64,000 nucleotides of DNA from Mobula hypostoma (Eukaryota): assembly GCF_963921235.1 (NCBI RefSeq), contig NW_026948140.1:1-64000 (forward strand), written 5' to 3'. Every line of letters begins with the position of its first letter. Position 1 is the first letter of the stretch. Both the position numbers and the translations under genes were made by a program. Of the stretch, positions 52,211 through 64,000 are shown piece after piece. The notes below the pieces were generated by a model. That model was not told the DNA's origin. It did not search any database and was given only the letters and a program-made list of their open reading frames with translations.

Positions 52211-52636
52211 CTTGTAATACCATGGGCTCTTATCTTGGTAAGCAGCCTCATTTATGCCCCTTGTCAAAGAACTTCTAGAAGTCAAATATACAACATCAAC
52301 TGCATCCTCGTTATCTATCCTACTTGTAATCTCCTCAAAGAATTCCAACAGGTTCATCAGGCAGGATTCTCCCCTAAGGAAATCCTGCTGACTTTGTACT
52401 ATCTTGTCCTGTGTTACCAAGTACTCCATCTCCTCATCCGTAACAATTGACTCTCACATCTTACCAACCACTCAGGTCAGTCCAGCTAGTCTATAATTTC
52501 CTTTCTGCTGCCTTCCTCTTTTTTTAAAGAGTAGAGTAACGTTTACAATTTTCCAGTCCTCTGGCACTATGCCAGAGTCGAATGATTTTTGAAAGATCAT
52601 TTCTTATGCCACCACAATCTCTAAAACTACCTCTTT
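52211..52636 (-). mobile_element. CR1 RT fragment
   Basis: SCLMNLLEFFEEITSRID..AVDVVYL peptide. Confidence 0.8.
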
Positions 52637-52639
52637 CAG

Positions 52640-54375
52640 AATCAGATTTATTATCATCAGCATGTGTCATGAAATAAATTATAATAATAAATTACTGTAT
52701 ATGCATATTGAATAGATTAAAAATCATGCAAAATAACCAGAAATATATATTTAAAAAGTGCCGTAGTGTCCAAGGTTTCAAGTCCATTTAGGAATCGGAT
52801 GGCAGAGGGGAAGAAGCTGTTCCTGAATCGCTGAGTGTGAGCCTTCAGGCTTCTGTACCTCCTACCTGATGGTAACCTGATGAGAAGATTTACTAGAATG
52901 ATTCCGGGAATGAGAGGGTTAACATATGAGGAACGTTTGTCCGGTCTTGGACTGTATTCCTTGGAGTTTAGAAGAATGAGGGGGGACCTCATAGAAACAT
53001 TTCGAATGTTGAAAGGCATGGACAGAGTGGATGTGGGAAAGTTGTTTCCCATGATGGGGGAGTCTAGTATGAGAGGGCATGACTTAAGGATTGAAGGGCG
53101 CCCATTCAGAACAGAGATGCGAAGAAATTTTTTTAGCCAGAGGGTGGTGAATCTATGGAATTTGTTGCCACGGGCAGCAGTGGAGGCCAAGTCATTGGGT
53201 GTATTTAAGGCAGAGATTGATAGGTATCTAAGTAGCCAGGGCATCAAAGGTTATGGTGAGAAGGCGAGGGAGTGGGACTAAATGGGAGAATGGATCAGCT
53301 CGTGATAAAATAGCGGAGCAGACTTGATGGGCCAAATGGCTGACTTCTGCTCCTTTGTCTTATGGTAACAGTGAAAAAAGGGCATGCCCTGGGTGCTGGA
53401 GGTCCGTAATAATGAACGCTGCCTTTCTGAGACACCTCTCTTGAAGATGTCCTGGGTACTTTGTAGGCTCGAACCCAAGATGGAGCCGACTAACTCTACG
53501 ATCCTTGCAGCTTTTTTCAGTCTTGTGCAGTAGCACCCCTCCCCACCCACCAATACCAGACGGTGATGCAGCCTGTCAGAATGGTCTCCACGGTACATCT
53601 ATAGAAGGTTTTGAATGTATTTGTTGACATACTAAGTCTCTTCAGATTCCTAATGAAGTATAGCCACTATCCTGCCTTCTTTATAACTGCATCGATATGT
53701 TGGGGCCAGGTTAGATCCTCAGAGATCTTGACACTCAGGAACTTGAAACTGCTCACTCTTTTCAGTTCTGATCCCTTGATGAGGATTGATATGTGTTCCT
53801 TCTTCTTACCCTTCCTGAAGTGCATAATCAGCTCTTTCATCTTACTGACATTGAGTGCCAGCTTGTTGCTGTGACACCACTTCACTAATTGGCATATCTC
53901 GCTCCTGTACGCCGTCTTGTCACCATCTGAGAATCTATCAACAATGGTTGGATCATCAACAATTTATAGATGGTATTTGAGCTACGCGTAGCCACACAAT
54001 CACGTGTATATAGAGAGTAGAGCAGTGGGCTAAGCACACACCCTGAGGTGCACTAGTGTTGATCATCGAGGAGATGTTATCACCAATCCGCACAGATGGT
54101 GGTCTTCCGGTTAGGAAGTCAAGGATCCAATTGCAGAGGCAGGTACAGAGGCCCAGGTTCTGCAACTTCTCAATCAGGGTTGTGGGAATGGTATTAAATG
54201 CTGAGCTATAGTCGCTGAACAGCATCCTGTTATTTGTGTTGTCCAGGTTGTCTAAAGCTGTGTGAGGAGCCATCGAAATTGTTTCTGCCATTGATCTATT
54301 GTTGCGATAGGTAAATTGCAATGGCTCCAGGTCCTTGCTGAGGCAGGTGTTCAGTCTAGTCATGATCAAGGATAG
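52640..54375 (-). mobile_element. Rex1/Babar-like LINE 3' part (RT C-terminus), interrupted by CR1
   Basis: [41 protein letters not shown] and LPSGRRYRSL..TQRFRNSFFPSAIRFLN; AATCAGATT-type tail. Confidence 0.85.
52877..53366 (+). mobile_element. Young CR1 3' end, same subfamily as 16591-20041
   Basis: ORF 52880-53281 is nearly identical to the C-terminus of 16641-17687; ATGGTAAC is duplicated at 52869 and 53362. Confidence 0.92.
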
Positions 54376-54419
54376 AATCACCTTGTTGTGGGTGATTCTA
54401 TCCTCAATTACTACCTCAA

Positions 54420-56410
54420 AAAATTCTATCCTGGCAGAATGGCTCCAATAGCTTCCCTATTACTGCTGTACAACTGACAGCCTATAGTTTTTTGAATTAT
54501 CCCCTTTTGTCTTCTGGAACAAAGGAATGACATTTGTAATTCCTCAGTCCTGTGTCTCATTACCTGTTAGTGAGAATAGAATCATCTTTGTCAAGGCCCT
54601 AGCAATCTCCTGTCTTGCCTCTCTCAAGCCCTGAGATCCACCTTAATGCTTTTCAAAAGATCCAGCATCACCTCCTCTTGAGTGGAAACTGCCCTGGTAA
54701 TTTAACATGCCGCACGTTTATCTGTTTCTTCCATGTTACAGGGTAGTTGTTGTAGGTGATCTCAACTTGTGCAATAAAGTCTGGGACTCTGTATTACAAG
54801 AAATTTAGATGGGGCAGAATACATCCAAGGAGGTTTCCTAAATCGACATGTAGATTCTGCATCTAAAAGGGGAGCGATACGGGACCTGGTTTTGGGAAAT
54901 GAGCATGGCCAGGTGACTCTCCTTTCAGTAGAAGAACAGTTAGGGAACAGTGATCACAACTCCACAAATTTTAAAGTAGCTATGAATAGGGTAAAACTAC
55001 AAGACACAGGAGAAGAATTAGGCCATTCCCATCAAATCTGCTCCACCATTTCATCATGGTTGATTTATTATCCCTCTCAACCCCATTCTCCTGCCTTCTC
55101 ACTGTAACCTTTGATGCCTTTAGTAATCCAGAACCTACCAACCTCTGCTTTAAATATACTCAACCACTTAGCCCTCACAGCCATCTATGGCAATGAACTC
55201 CACAGACCTACCACCCTCCAGCTAAAGAAATTCCTCCTCATCTCTGTTCTAAATGGACATCCTCTATCCTGAGCCTGTGCCCTCTGGTCCCAGACCCACC
55301 CACTATAAGAAACATCTTCACATGCAACAAATACAGAATGCTGGAGGAACTCAGCAGGCCAGGCAACAGGAAAAGAGAAAACAGTCATCAGGACTGGTGA
55401 AAAAAGATAAGGTCAGAGTATGAAGGTGGGGGAGTGAAGAAAGAAATACAGGGTAGTAGATGATATGTGAGACTGGGGGAAGGGGATGGGAAGTCAATTT
55501 GTGGAAGAGATACAGGGCTGAAGAAGGGTATATCTGATGGGAGCAGACAGAATGCCATGGGAGAAAGGGAAGAGGGAGGAGCACCAAAGAGAGGTGATGG
55601 GCAGGTAAGGAGATAAGATGAGAGGGAGAAATGGGAATGGTGAAGGAGAGGGGGTGGGCATTACTGGAAGTTCGAGAAATCGATGTTCATGCTATCAGAT
55701 TGGAGGCTACCCAGACGGAATATAAGGTGTTGCTCCTCCAACTTGACTGTGCCCTCATCGCAGCAGTAGAGGAGGCCATGGACTGTGATGACGGAGTGGG
55801 AATGGGAAGTGGAAAAATAAAATGGGAGATCCCACTTTTGCTGGTGGATGGAGGATAGGTGCTCAGCGAACACATCCACTCTACCTAGGCCTTTCATTAT
55901 TCAATAGGTTTTAGTGAGATTCACCACCCCCCCCCTCCATTTCTGAACTCCAATGAGTATGGGGCCAGAGCCATCAAATGTTCCTCAATAGTTAACTCTT
56001 TCATTCCTGAGATCATTCTTGTGAAATTCCTCTGGACTTTCTATAGTTCCTGCACATCGTTGAGACCGTAAGTCATAGGAGCAGAATTAGGCCATTCACC
56101 CATCGAGTCTGGTCCACCATTCCCTCATAGCTGATCCCGGATCCCACTCCACTTTTCTTGATAAAGTGCCCAAAGCTGCTCACAATAATTATGGACCTTA
56201 TAGGAGAGTATTAAATTGGGAGAGGGCAAATCATGAAAGCATTAGGCAAGAACTAGGGAGAACTAATTGGAGCTGTTTCTGGGCAAGTCCACACCTGGCA
56301 TGTTGAGGGTGTTTCAAAAGCAACTGTACAAAGTACATAATAAGCATAGGCATGGACACAGAAAAGACATAGAAAATCTACAGCACAATACAGGTCCTTC
56401 AGCCCACAAT
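54420..56410. mobile_element. Mosaic of short CR1 fragments on both strands
   Basis: APE remnant LGNEHGQV..LGNSDHN (+) and several minus-strand 3' ends (about 55000-55320, 55870-56160, 56365-56410). Confidence 0.7.
55321..55868 (-). mobile_element. Penelope-like fragment
   Basis: AEHLSSI..HGLLYC..KLEEQHLIFRLGSLQ..MNIDFSNF matches 39529-39759; terminal CCTGCTGAGTTCCTCCAGC. Confidence 0.85.
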
Positions 56411-59400
56411 TGGTGTCGGATGTGGGAGGCCCTGGAGTCTCCAAGCCTCCCGGATGTCTACATCTGCGCCAAGTGCATCGAGATGCAGCTCCTAAGGGAC
56501 CGCGTTACGGAACTGGAGCTGCAGCTCGATGACCTTCGTCTGGTCAGGGAGAGTGAGGAGTTGATAGAGAGGAGTTGCAGGCAGGTGGTCACGCCGGGGC
56601 CACGGGAGGCAGACAAGTGGGTCACGGTTAGGAGGGGGAAGGGGAAGAGTCAGGTAATAGGGAGTACCCCGGTGGCTGTGCCCCTTAACAATAGGTATTC
56701 CTGGTTGAGTACTGTTGCGGGGGACAGCTTACCCGGGGGAAGCGACAGTGGCCGTGCCTCCGGCACAGAGTCTGGCCCTGTAGCTCAGAAGGGTAGGGCA
56801 AGGAAGAGGAGGGCAGTTGTGATAGGGGACTCGATAGTAAGGGGGTCAGATAGGCGATTCTGTGGACGCAGTCCAGAGACCCGGATGGTAGTTTGCCTCC
56901 CTGGTGCCAGGGTCTGGGATATTTCTGATCGTGTCCAAGATATCCTGAAGTGGGAGGGTGAGGAGCCAGAGGTCATGGTACATATAGGTACCAATGACAT
57001 AGGTAGGAAAAGAGATGAGTCCTGAAAGGAGAATATAGGGAGCTAGGAAGGGAGTTGAGAAAAAGGATCGCAAAGGTAGTAATCTCGGGATTACTGCCTG
57101 TGCCACGCGACAGTGAGAGAAGGAATGAGATAAGGTGGAGGATAAATGCGTGGCTGAGGGATTGGAGCAGGGGGCAGGGATTCAAGTTTTTTGGATCATT
57201 GGGACCTCTTTTGGCGCAGGCGTGACCTGTACAAAAAGGACGGGTTACACTTGAATCCTAGGGGGACCAATATCCTGGCAGGGAGATTAGCGAGGGCTAC
57301 TGAGGTGACTTTAAACTAGAATGGTTGGGGGGTGGGAATTAAATTAAAGAGGCTAGGCGTGAGGAGGTTAGTTCACAACAGGGGTATGGGAACCAGTGCA
57401 GAGAGACAGAGGGGTGTAAAGTGGGGGTAGAAGCAAAAAGTACTAAGGAGAAAAGTAAAAGTGGCAGGCCGACAAATCCAGGGCAAGCATTAAAAAGGGC
57501 CACTTTTCAACATAATTGTATAAGGGCTAAGAGAGTTGTAAAAGAGCGCCTGAAGGCTTTGTGTGTCAATGCAAGGAGCATTCGTAATAAGGTGGATGAA
57601 TTGAAAGTGCAGATTGTTATTAATGATTATGATATAGTTGGGATCACAGAGACATGGCTCCAGGGTGACCAAGGATGGGAGCTCAACGTTCAGGGATATT
57701 CAATGTTCAGGAGGGATAGACATGAAGGAAGGGTAGGTGGGGTGGCGTTGCTGGTTAAAGAAGAGATTAACGCAATAGAAAGGAAGGACATAAGCCGGGA
57801 AGATGTGGAATCGATATGGGTAGAGCTGCGTAACACTAAGGGGCAGAAGACGTTGGTGGGAGTTGTGTACAGGCCACCTAACAGTAGTAGTGAGGTCAGA
57901 GATGGTATTAAACAGGAAATTAGAAATGTGTGCAATAAAGGAACAGCAGTTATAATGGGTGACTTCAATCTACATGTAGATTGGCTGAACCAAATTGGTA
58001 AAGGTGCTGAGGAAGAGGATTTCTTGGAATGTATGCGGGATGGTTTTTTGAACCAACATGTTGAGGAACCAAGTAGAGAGCAGGCTATTCTGGACTGGGT
58101 TTTAAGCAATGAGGAAGGGTTAATTAGCAATCTTGTCGTGAGAAGCCCCTTGGGTAAGAGTGACCATAATATGGTGGAATTCTTCATTAATATGGAGAGT
58201 GACATAGCTAATTCAGAAACCAAGGTTCTGAACTTAAAGAGGGGTAACTTTGAAGGTATGAGACGTGAATTAGCTAAGATAGACTGGCAAATGACATTTA
58301 AAGGATTGACGGTGGATATGCAATGGCAAGCATTTAAAGGTTGCATGGATGAACTACAACAATTGTTCATCCCAGTTTGGCAAAAGAATAAATCAAGGAA
58401 GGTAGTGCACCTGTGGCTGACAAGAGAAATTAGGGATAGTATCAATTCCAAAGAAGAAGCATACAAATTAGCCAGAGAAAGTGGCTCACCTGAGGACTGG
58501 GAGAAATTCAGAGTTCAGCAGAGGAGGACAAAGGGCTTAGTTAGGAAGGGGAAAAAAGATTATGAGAGAAAACTGGCAGGGAACATAAAAACTGACTGTA
58601 AATGCTTTTATAGATATGTAAAAAGGAAAAGACTGGTAAAGACAAATGTAGGTCCCCTACAGACATAAACAGGTGAATTGATTATGGGGAGCAAGGACAT
58701 GGCAGACCAATTGAATAATTACTTTGGTTCTGTCTTCACTAAGGAGGACATAAATAATCTTCCAGAAATAGTAGGGGACAGAGGGTCCAGTGAGATGGAG
58801 GAACTGAGCGAAATACATGTTAGTAGGGAAGTGGTGTTAGGTAAATTGAAGAGATTGAAGGCAGATAAATCCCCAGGGCCAGATGGTCTGCATCCTAGAG
58901 TGCTTAAGGAAGTAGCCCAAGAAATAGTGGATGCATTAGTGATAATTTTTCAAAACTCGTTAGATTCTGGACTAGTTCCTGAGGATTGGAGGGTGGCTAA
59001 TGTAACCCCAATTTTTAAAAAAGGAGGGAGAGAGAAACCGGGGAATTATAGACCGGTTAGCCTAACGTCGGTGGTGGGGAAACTGCTGGAGTCAGTTATC
59101 AAAGGTGTGATAACAGCACATTTGGAAAGCAGTGAAATCATCGGACAAAGTCAGCATGGATTTATGAAAGGAAAATCATGTCTGACCAATCTCATAGAAT
59201 TTTTTGAGGATGTAACTAGTAGAGTGGATAGGGGAGAACCAGTAGATGTGGTATATTTGGATTTTCAAAAGGCTTTTGACAAGGTCCCACACAGGAGATT
59301 AGTGTGCAAACTTAAAGCACACGGTATTGGGGGTAAGGTATTGATGTGGATGGAGAATTGGTTAGCAGAATGGAAGCAAAGAGTGGGAATAAACGGGACC

Positions 59401-60451
59401 TTTTCAGAATGGCAGGCGGTGACTAGTGGGGTACCACAAGGCTCAGTGCTGGGACCCCAGTTGTTTACAATATATATTAATGACTTGGATGAGGGAATTA
59501 AATGCAGCATCTCCAAGTTTGCGGATGACACGAAGCTGGGTGGCAGTGTTAGCTGTGAGGAGGATGCTGAGAGGATGCAGAGTGACTTGGATTGGTTGGG
59601 TGAGTGGGCAAATTCATGGCAGATGCAATTTAATGTGGATAAATGTGAAGTTATCCACTTTGGTGGCAAAAATAGGAAAACAGATTATTATCTGAATGGT
59701 GGCCGATTAGGAAAAGGGGAGGTGCAACGAGACCTGGGTGTCATTATACACCAGTCATTGAAAGTGGGCATGCAGGTACAGCAGGTGGTGAAAAAGTCAA
59801 ATGGTATGCTGGCATTTATAGCGAGAGGATTCGAGTACAGGAGCAGGGAGGTACTACTGCAGTTGTACAAGGCCTTGGTGAAACCACACCTGGAGTATTG
59901 TGTGCAGCTTTGGTCCCCTAATCTGAGGAAAGACATCCCTGCCATAGAGGGAGTACAAAGAAGGTTCACCAGATTGATTCCTGGGATGGCAGGACTTTCA
60001 TATGAAGAAAGACTGGATGAACTGGGCTTGTACTCATTGGAATTTAGAAGATTGAGGGGGGATCTGATTGAAACGTATAAAATCCTAAAGGCATTGGACA
60101 GGTAGATGCAGGAAGATTGTTCCCGATGTTGGGGAAGTCCAGAACAAGGGGTCACAGTTTGAGGATAAAGGGGAAGCCTTTTAGGACCGAGATTAGGAAA
60201 AACTTCTTCACACAGAGAGTGGTGAATCTGTGGAATTCTCTGCCACAGGAAACAGTTGAGGCCAGTTCATTGGCTATATTTAAGAGGGAGTTAGATATGG
60301 CCCTTGTGGCTACGGGGATCAGCGGGTATGGAGGGAAGGCTGGGGCGGGGTTCTGAGTTGGATGATCAGCCATGATCATAATAAATGGCGGTGCAGGCTC
60401 GAAGGGCCGAATGGCCTACTCCTGCACCTATTTTCTATGTTTTCTATGTTT
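56411..60451 (+). mobile_element. Young near-complete CR1 LINE (ORF1 Cys motif/coiled coil plus SGNH esterase; ORF2 APE-RT)
   Basis: ORF1 ICAKCIEM..LELQLDDL, GDSIVRG, HIGTND. ORF2 57421-60356 is broken only by TAA at 58666 and a 1-bp frameshift near 60103. TTTCTATG tail; CAAT duplicated at 56407 and 60452 inside an older CR1 tail. Confidence 0.96.
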
Positions 60452-60539
60452 CAATGCTGTGCTGAACATGTACTTACTTTAGAAATTACCTATGGTAACC
60501 TATAGCCCTCTATTTTTCTGGTTAAAGAATTTTTAATAA

Positions 60540-61630
60540 AGGTAATTTTAATAAAGGCATGTTCTAATAAAAAGCAAGGACAAGGATGGAAAGATGAGGG
60601 AATCGATGAGGGAATCTTGGATGTCAAGGGGGTGGTGAATTTAGTCAAAGAGGAAAACATACGTAAGGTTTAGGAAGCTAAACTCAGACTGAGCCTTTAA
60701 TGATTATAATGATGCAAGAACTTGAGAAGGGGATTAGGTTAGCCAAGAGAGGCCATGAGTGGTCCTTGGCAAGTAGGATTAAAAAGAATCTCAAGGCATT
60801 CTAAACATATACCAAGAGTAAGAGATTAAGTAGGGAACAGTTAGGATCACCTAAGGATAAAGGAGGTAATATGTTCTTGCTGGTGGAGATGTTAAGTGAA
60901 GTCCTAAATGAGTACTGTTCATTGGTGTTTACTGAGGGGAAGGATGTTGAAGATAGGCAGATTGGTGTGGAACACTAATGCATTTTGAGATGGAAATAGC
61001 ATAGGATACACTGGCTGATTGGTAGGAGGCAGTGAGTGGGAATAAAAGGATCACAGTGAAGACTGATGCCACATACTTATTCAGTTCGTCCATTTACTTG
61101 TCCCCCATTACTACCACTCCGGAGTCATTTTCCGACAGTATGATATCTACTCTCACCTCCCTTTTTCTCTTTATATACATCTGAAAATACCTTCAGTATC
61201 TTTCTTGATATGGTTGGTTAGCTTATCTTCACATTTTATCTTGTCCCTCCCTATGGCTTGTTAGGTTGCCTTCTGTGGGTTTTTTAAAAACTACCCAATC
61301 CTCTAATTTCCCACTACTTTCTCTTCTTTTATATGGCTACACTTTTGCTTTTATGTTGGCTTTGACTTCCCTTGTTAGCCACAGTTGTGACATCCTTCCT
61401 TTAGAATACTACTACTTCTTTGGGATGCATCTATCTAACATTGCATTTGACTTCCACTCCACTGACTAAACCTGCAAATTAACCTTTGAGGAATCTTGCA
61501 CAAGGACTCCCAAGTCCTTTTCCAATTCAGATTTTTGAATTATCTCTCCATCTTGAAGGTAGTCTACCTTTTCATTCCTTCTACCGAAGTTCATGACCAT
61601 ACACTACCTGACACTGTATTCCGTCTGCCA
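60540..61630. mobile_element. Old CR1 ORF2 fragments on both strands
   Basis: Degenerate sequence homologous to the APE-RT linker of the other CR1 copies. Confidence 0.65.
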
Positions 61631-63502
61631 TGTCTGTGTTAGGAAAGTGTTTAATTGGAGTAAGGGGAAATATGAAGCTATGAGGCAAGAACTGGGAAGG
61701 ACAAATTGGGAACAAATGTTCTCGGGAAATGTACGGCAGAAATGTGGCAAATGTTCAGGGGATATTTGCTTGGCGTTCTGCATAGGTACGTTCCAATGAG
61801 ACAGGGAATGAATACTTTGCTTCAGTATTCACTACGGAAAAGGGTCTTGGCAATTATAGGGATGACTTACAGCGGACTGAAAAGTTTGAGCATATAGACA
61901 TTAAGAAAGAGGATGTGCCGGAGCTTTTAGAAAGCATCAGGTTGGGTAGGTCTCTGGGACTGGATGAGATGTACCAAGGGCTACTGTGGGAGGTGAGATA
62001 GGAAATTGCTGAGCCTCTGGCAATGATCTTTGCATCATCAATGGGGATAGGAGAGGTTCCGGAGGACTGGACGGTTACAGATGTTGTTCCCTTATTCAAG
62101 AAAGGGAATAAAGATAGCCCAGGAAATTATAGACCAGTGAGTCTTCAGTGATTGGTAAGTTGATGGAGAAGATCCTGACAGGCAGGACTTATGAACATTT
62201 GGAGAGACATAATATGATTAGGAATAGTCAGCATGGCTTTGTAAAAGGCAGGTTGTGCCTTACGAGCCTGATTGAATTTTTTGAGGATGCGACTAAACAC
62301 ATTGATGAAAGTAGAGCAGCAGATGCAGTGTATATGGATTTCAGCAAGGCATTTGATAAGGTACCCCATGCAAGGCTTATTGAGAAAGTAAGGAGGCATG
62401 GGATCCAAGGGGACCTTGCTTTGTGGATCCAGAATTGGTTTACGCACAGAAGGCAAAGAGTGGTTGTAGATGGGTCATATTCTGGATGGAGGATGGTGAC
62501 CAGTGGTGTGCCTCAGGGATCAGTTCTGGAACCCCTTCTCGTGGTGATTTTAATAAAAGTCCTGGATGAGGAAGTGAAGCGATGAGTTAGTAAATTTGCT
62601 GATGGCACAAATGATGGGGGTGTTGTGGGTAGTGTGGAGGGCTGTCAGAGATTACAGTGGAATATTGGTAGGATGCAAAACTGAGCTGAGAAGTGGCAGA
62701 TGTAGTTCAACCCAGATAGGTGTGAGGTGGTTCATTTTGGTAGGTCAAATATGATGGCAGAATATAGTATTAATGATAAGACTTTTGGCAGTGTGGAGGA
62801 TCAGAGGGATCTTGGGGTCTGAGCACAAAGGACACTCAAAGCTGCTGCGCAGGTTGACTCTGTGCTTAAGAAGGCGTACAGTGCATTGGCCTTCATCAAC
62901 CACGGGATTGAGTTTAAGAGCTGAGTGGTAATGTTACAGCTGTATAGGACCCTAGTCAGACTCCACCTGGAGTACTGTGCTCAGTTCTGATCACCTCACT
63001 ATAGGAAGGATGTGGAAACTATAGAAAGGGTGCAGAGGAGATTTACAAGGATGTTGCCTGAATTGGGGAGCATGTCTCATGAGAATAGGTTGAGTGAACT
63101 TGGACTTTTCCCTTTGTGCGGCGGAGGTGAGAGGTGACCTGATAGGTGTATAAGATGATGACAGGCATTGATTGTGTGGATAGTTAGAGGCTTTTTCCCA
63201 GGGCTGAATTGGCTAACAGGAGAGGGCACAGTTTTAAGGTGCTTGGAAGTAGGTACAGAGGCGATGTCAGGGATAAGTTTTTTTACGCAGAGAGTGGTGA
63301 GTGTATGGAACGGGCTGTCATAAATGGTGGTGGAGGCAGATACAATAGGGTCTTTTAAGAAACTCTTGGATATGTACATGGAGTTTAGAAAAATAGAGGG
63401 TTATGGGTAACCCTAGGTAATTTCTAAAGTAAGGGCATGTTTGGCACAGCATTGTGGGCTGAATGACCTTTATTGTGCTGTAGTTTTTCTATCTATGTTT
63501 CT
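61631..63502 (+). mobile_element. CR1 ORF2 3' half, decayed
   Basis: SQHGFVKGRLCLTSLIEFFE, MDFSKAFDKVPH, SGVPQGSVL; TTTCTAT tail at ~63490. Confidence 0.92.
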
Positions 63503-63985
63503 AAAATTGCAAATGTCACTCCATTTTCAAGAAGAGAGAGAGCCAGAAGAAAGGGAACTTCTGCCAGTCAGTCTGACCTCAATGGTTGAGAAAATATTCG
63601 TCAATGATTAAGGATAAGGTCTCAGGGTACTTCGAGGTTCATGATAAAATACGTCATGGTCAGCATATTTAGCAGACAAGGAGAGTCCTAACGGATTCTA
63701 CAGATAAGTTTAGAGCAAAAGGATTGCAAAGGACAACATTGGTCCTCTGGAAGATCAGAATTGTAATCCACATGTGGAGCCAAAATAGATGGGAGAGATC
63801 ACATAAATACATTTTTTTGCATCAGTATTTACTCAGGAGATAGACACAGAGTCTATAGAAGTGAGGTAAACCAGCATCAACTTACCAGATACTTCCTGCA
63901 TCCAGGCCTGATGAGCCAAAGCCTCCTACCCTAACACTGGTCCACTCACACAACGGCCACTCCACTTATCCCTACCATTGTTGGC
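63503..63985. mobile_element. Further CR1 fragments, including a 5'-UTR-like piece
   Basis: 63905-63960 GAGCCAAAGCCT..CCACTC resembles 41820-41860; RT-region remnants at 63505-63670. Confidence 0.55.
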
Positions 63986-64000
63986 AAATGCAGTGACCAA

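Overview
Eukaryotic, repeat-saturated window. The TE families (CR1 with esterase ORF1, V-SINE, Penelope, Rex1/Babar) suggest a vertebrate, probably a cartilaginous fish (inference). Bases 1-~28.1 kb are a G-rich 22-bp satellite (GGACGAGGTGGACAGTTGGGTT): near-homogeneous to ~15.1 kb, then progressively degenerate and invaded by CR1 LINEs. The rest is a nested TE field: many CR1 copies (three long ones with ORF1/APE/RT), a Gypsy relic, Penelope fragments with minimal hammerhead motifs, Rex1/Babar fragments, a hAT relic, a Harbinger deletion derivative, a complete-length but inactivated Tc1, and a short non-autonomous RTE whose 5' end folds as an HDV-like ribozyme. The only host-gene signal is absent from the ORF track: two minus-strand terminal exons of IFITM/CD225 (dispanin) genes at 48467-48637 (intact) and 34260-34421 (diverged). 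I found no exon 1 in the window. The long ORFs in the satellite are artefacts of a stop-free 22-mer. All calls come from reading by eye, and many TE boundaries are approximate.
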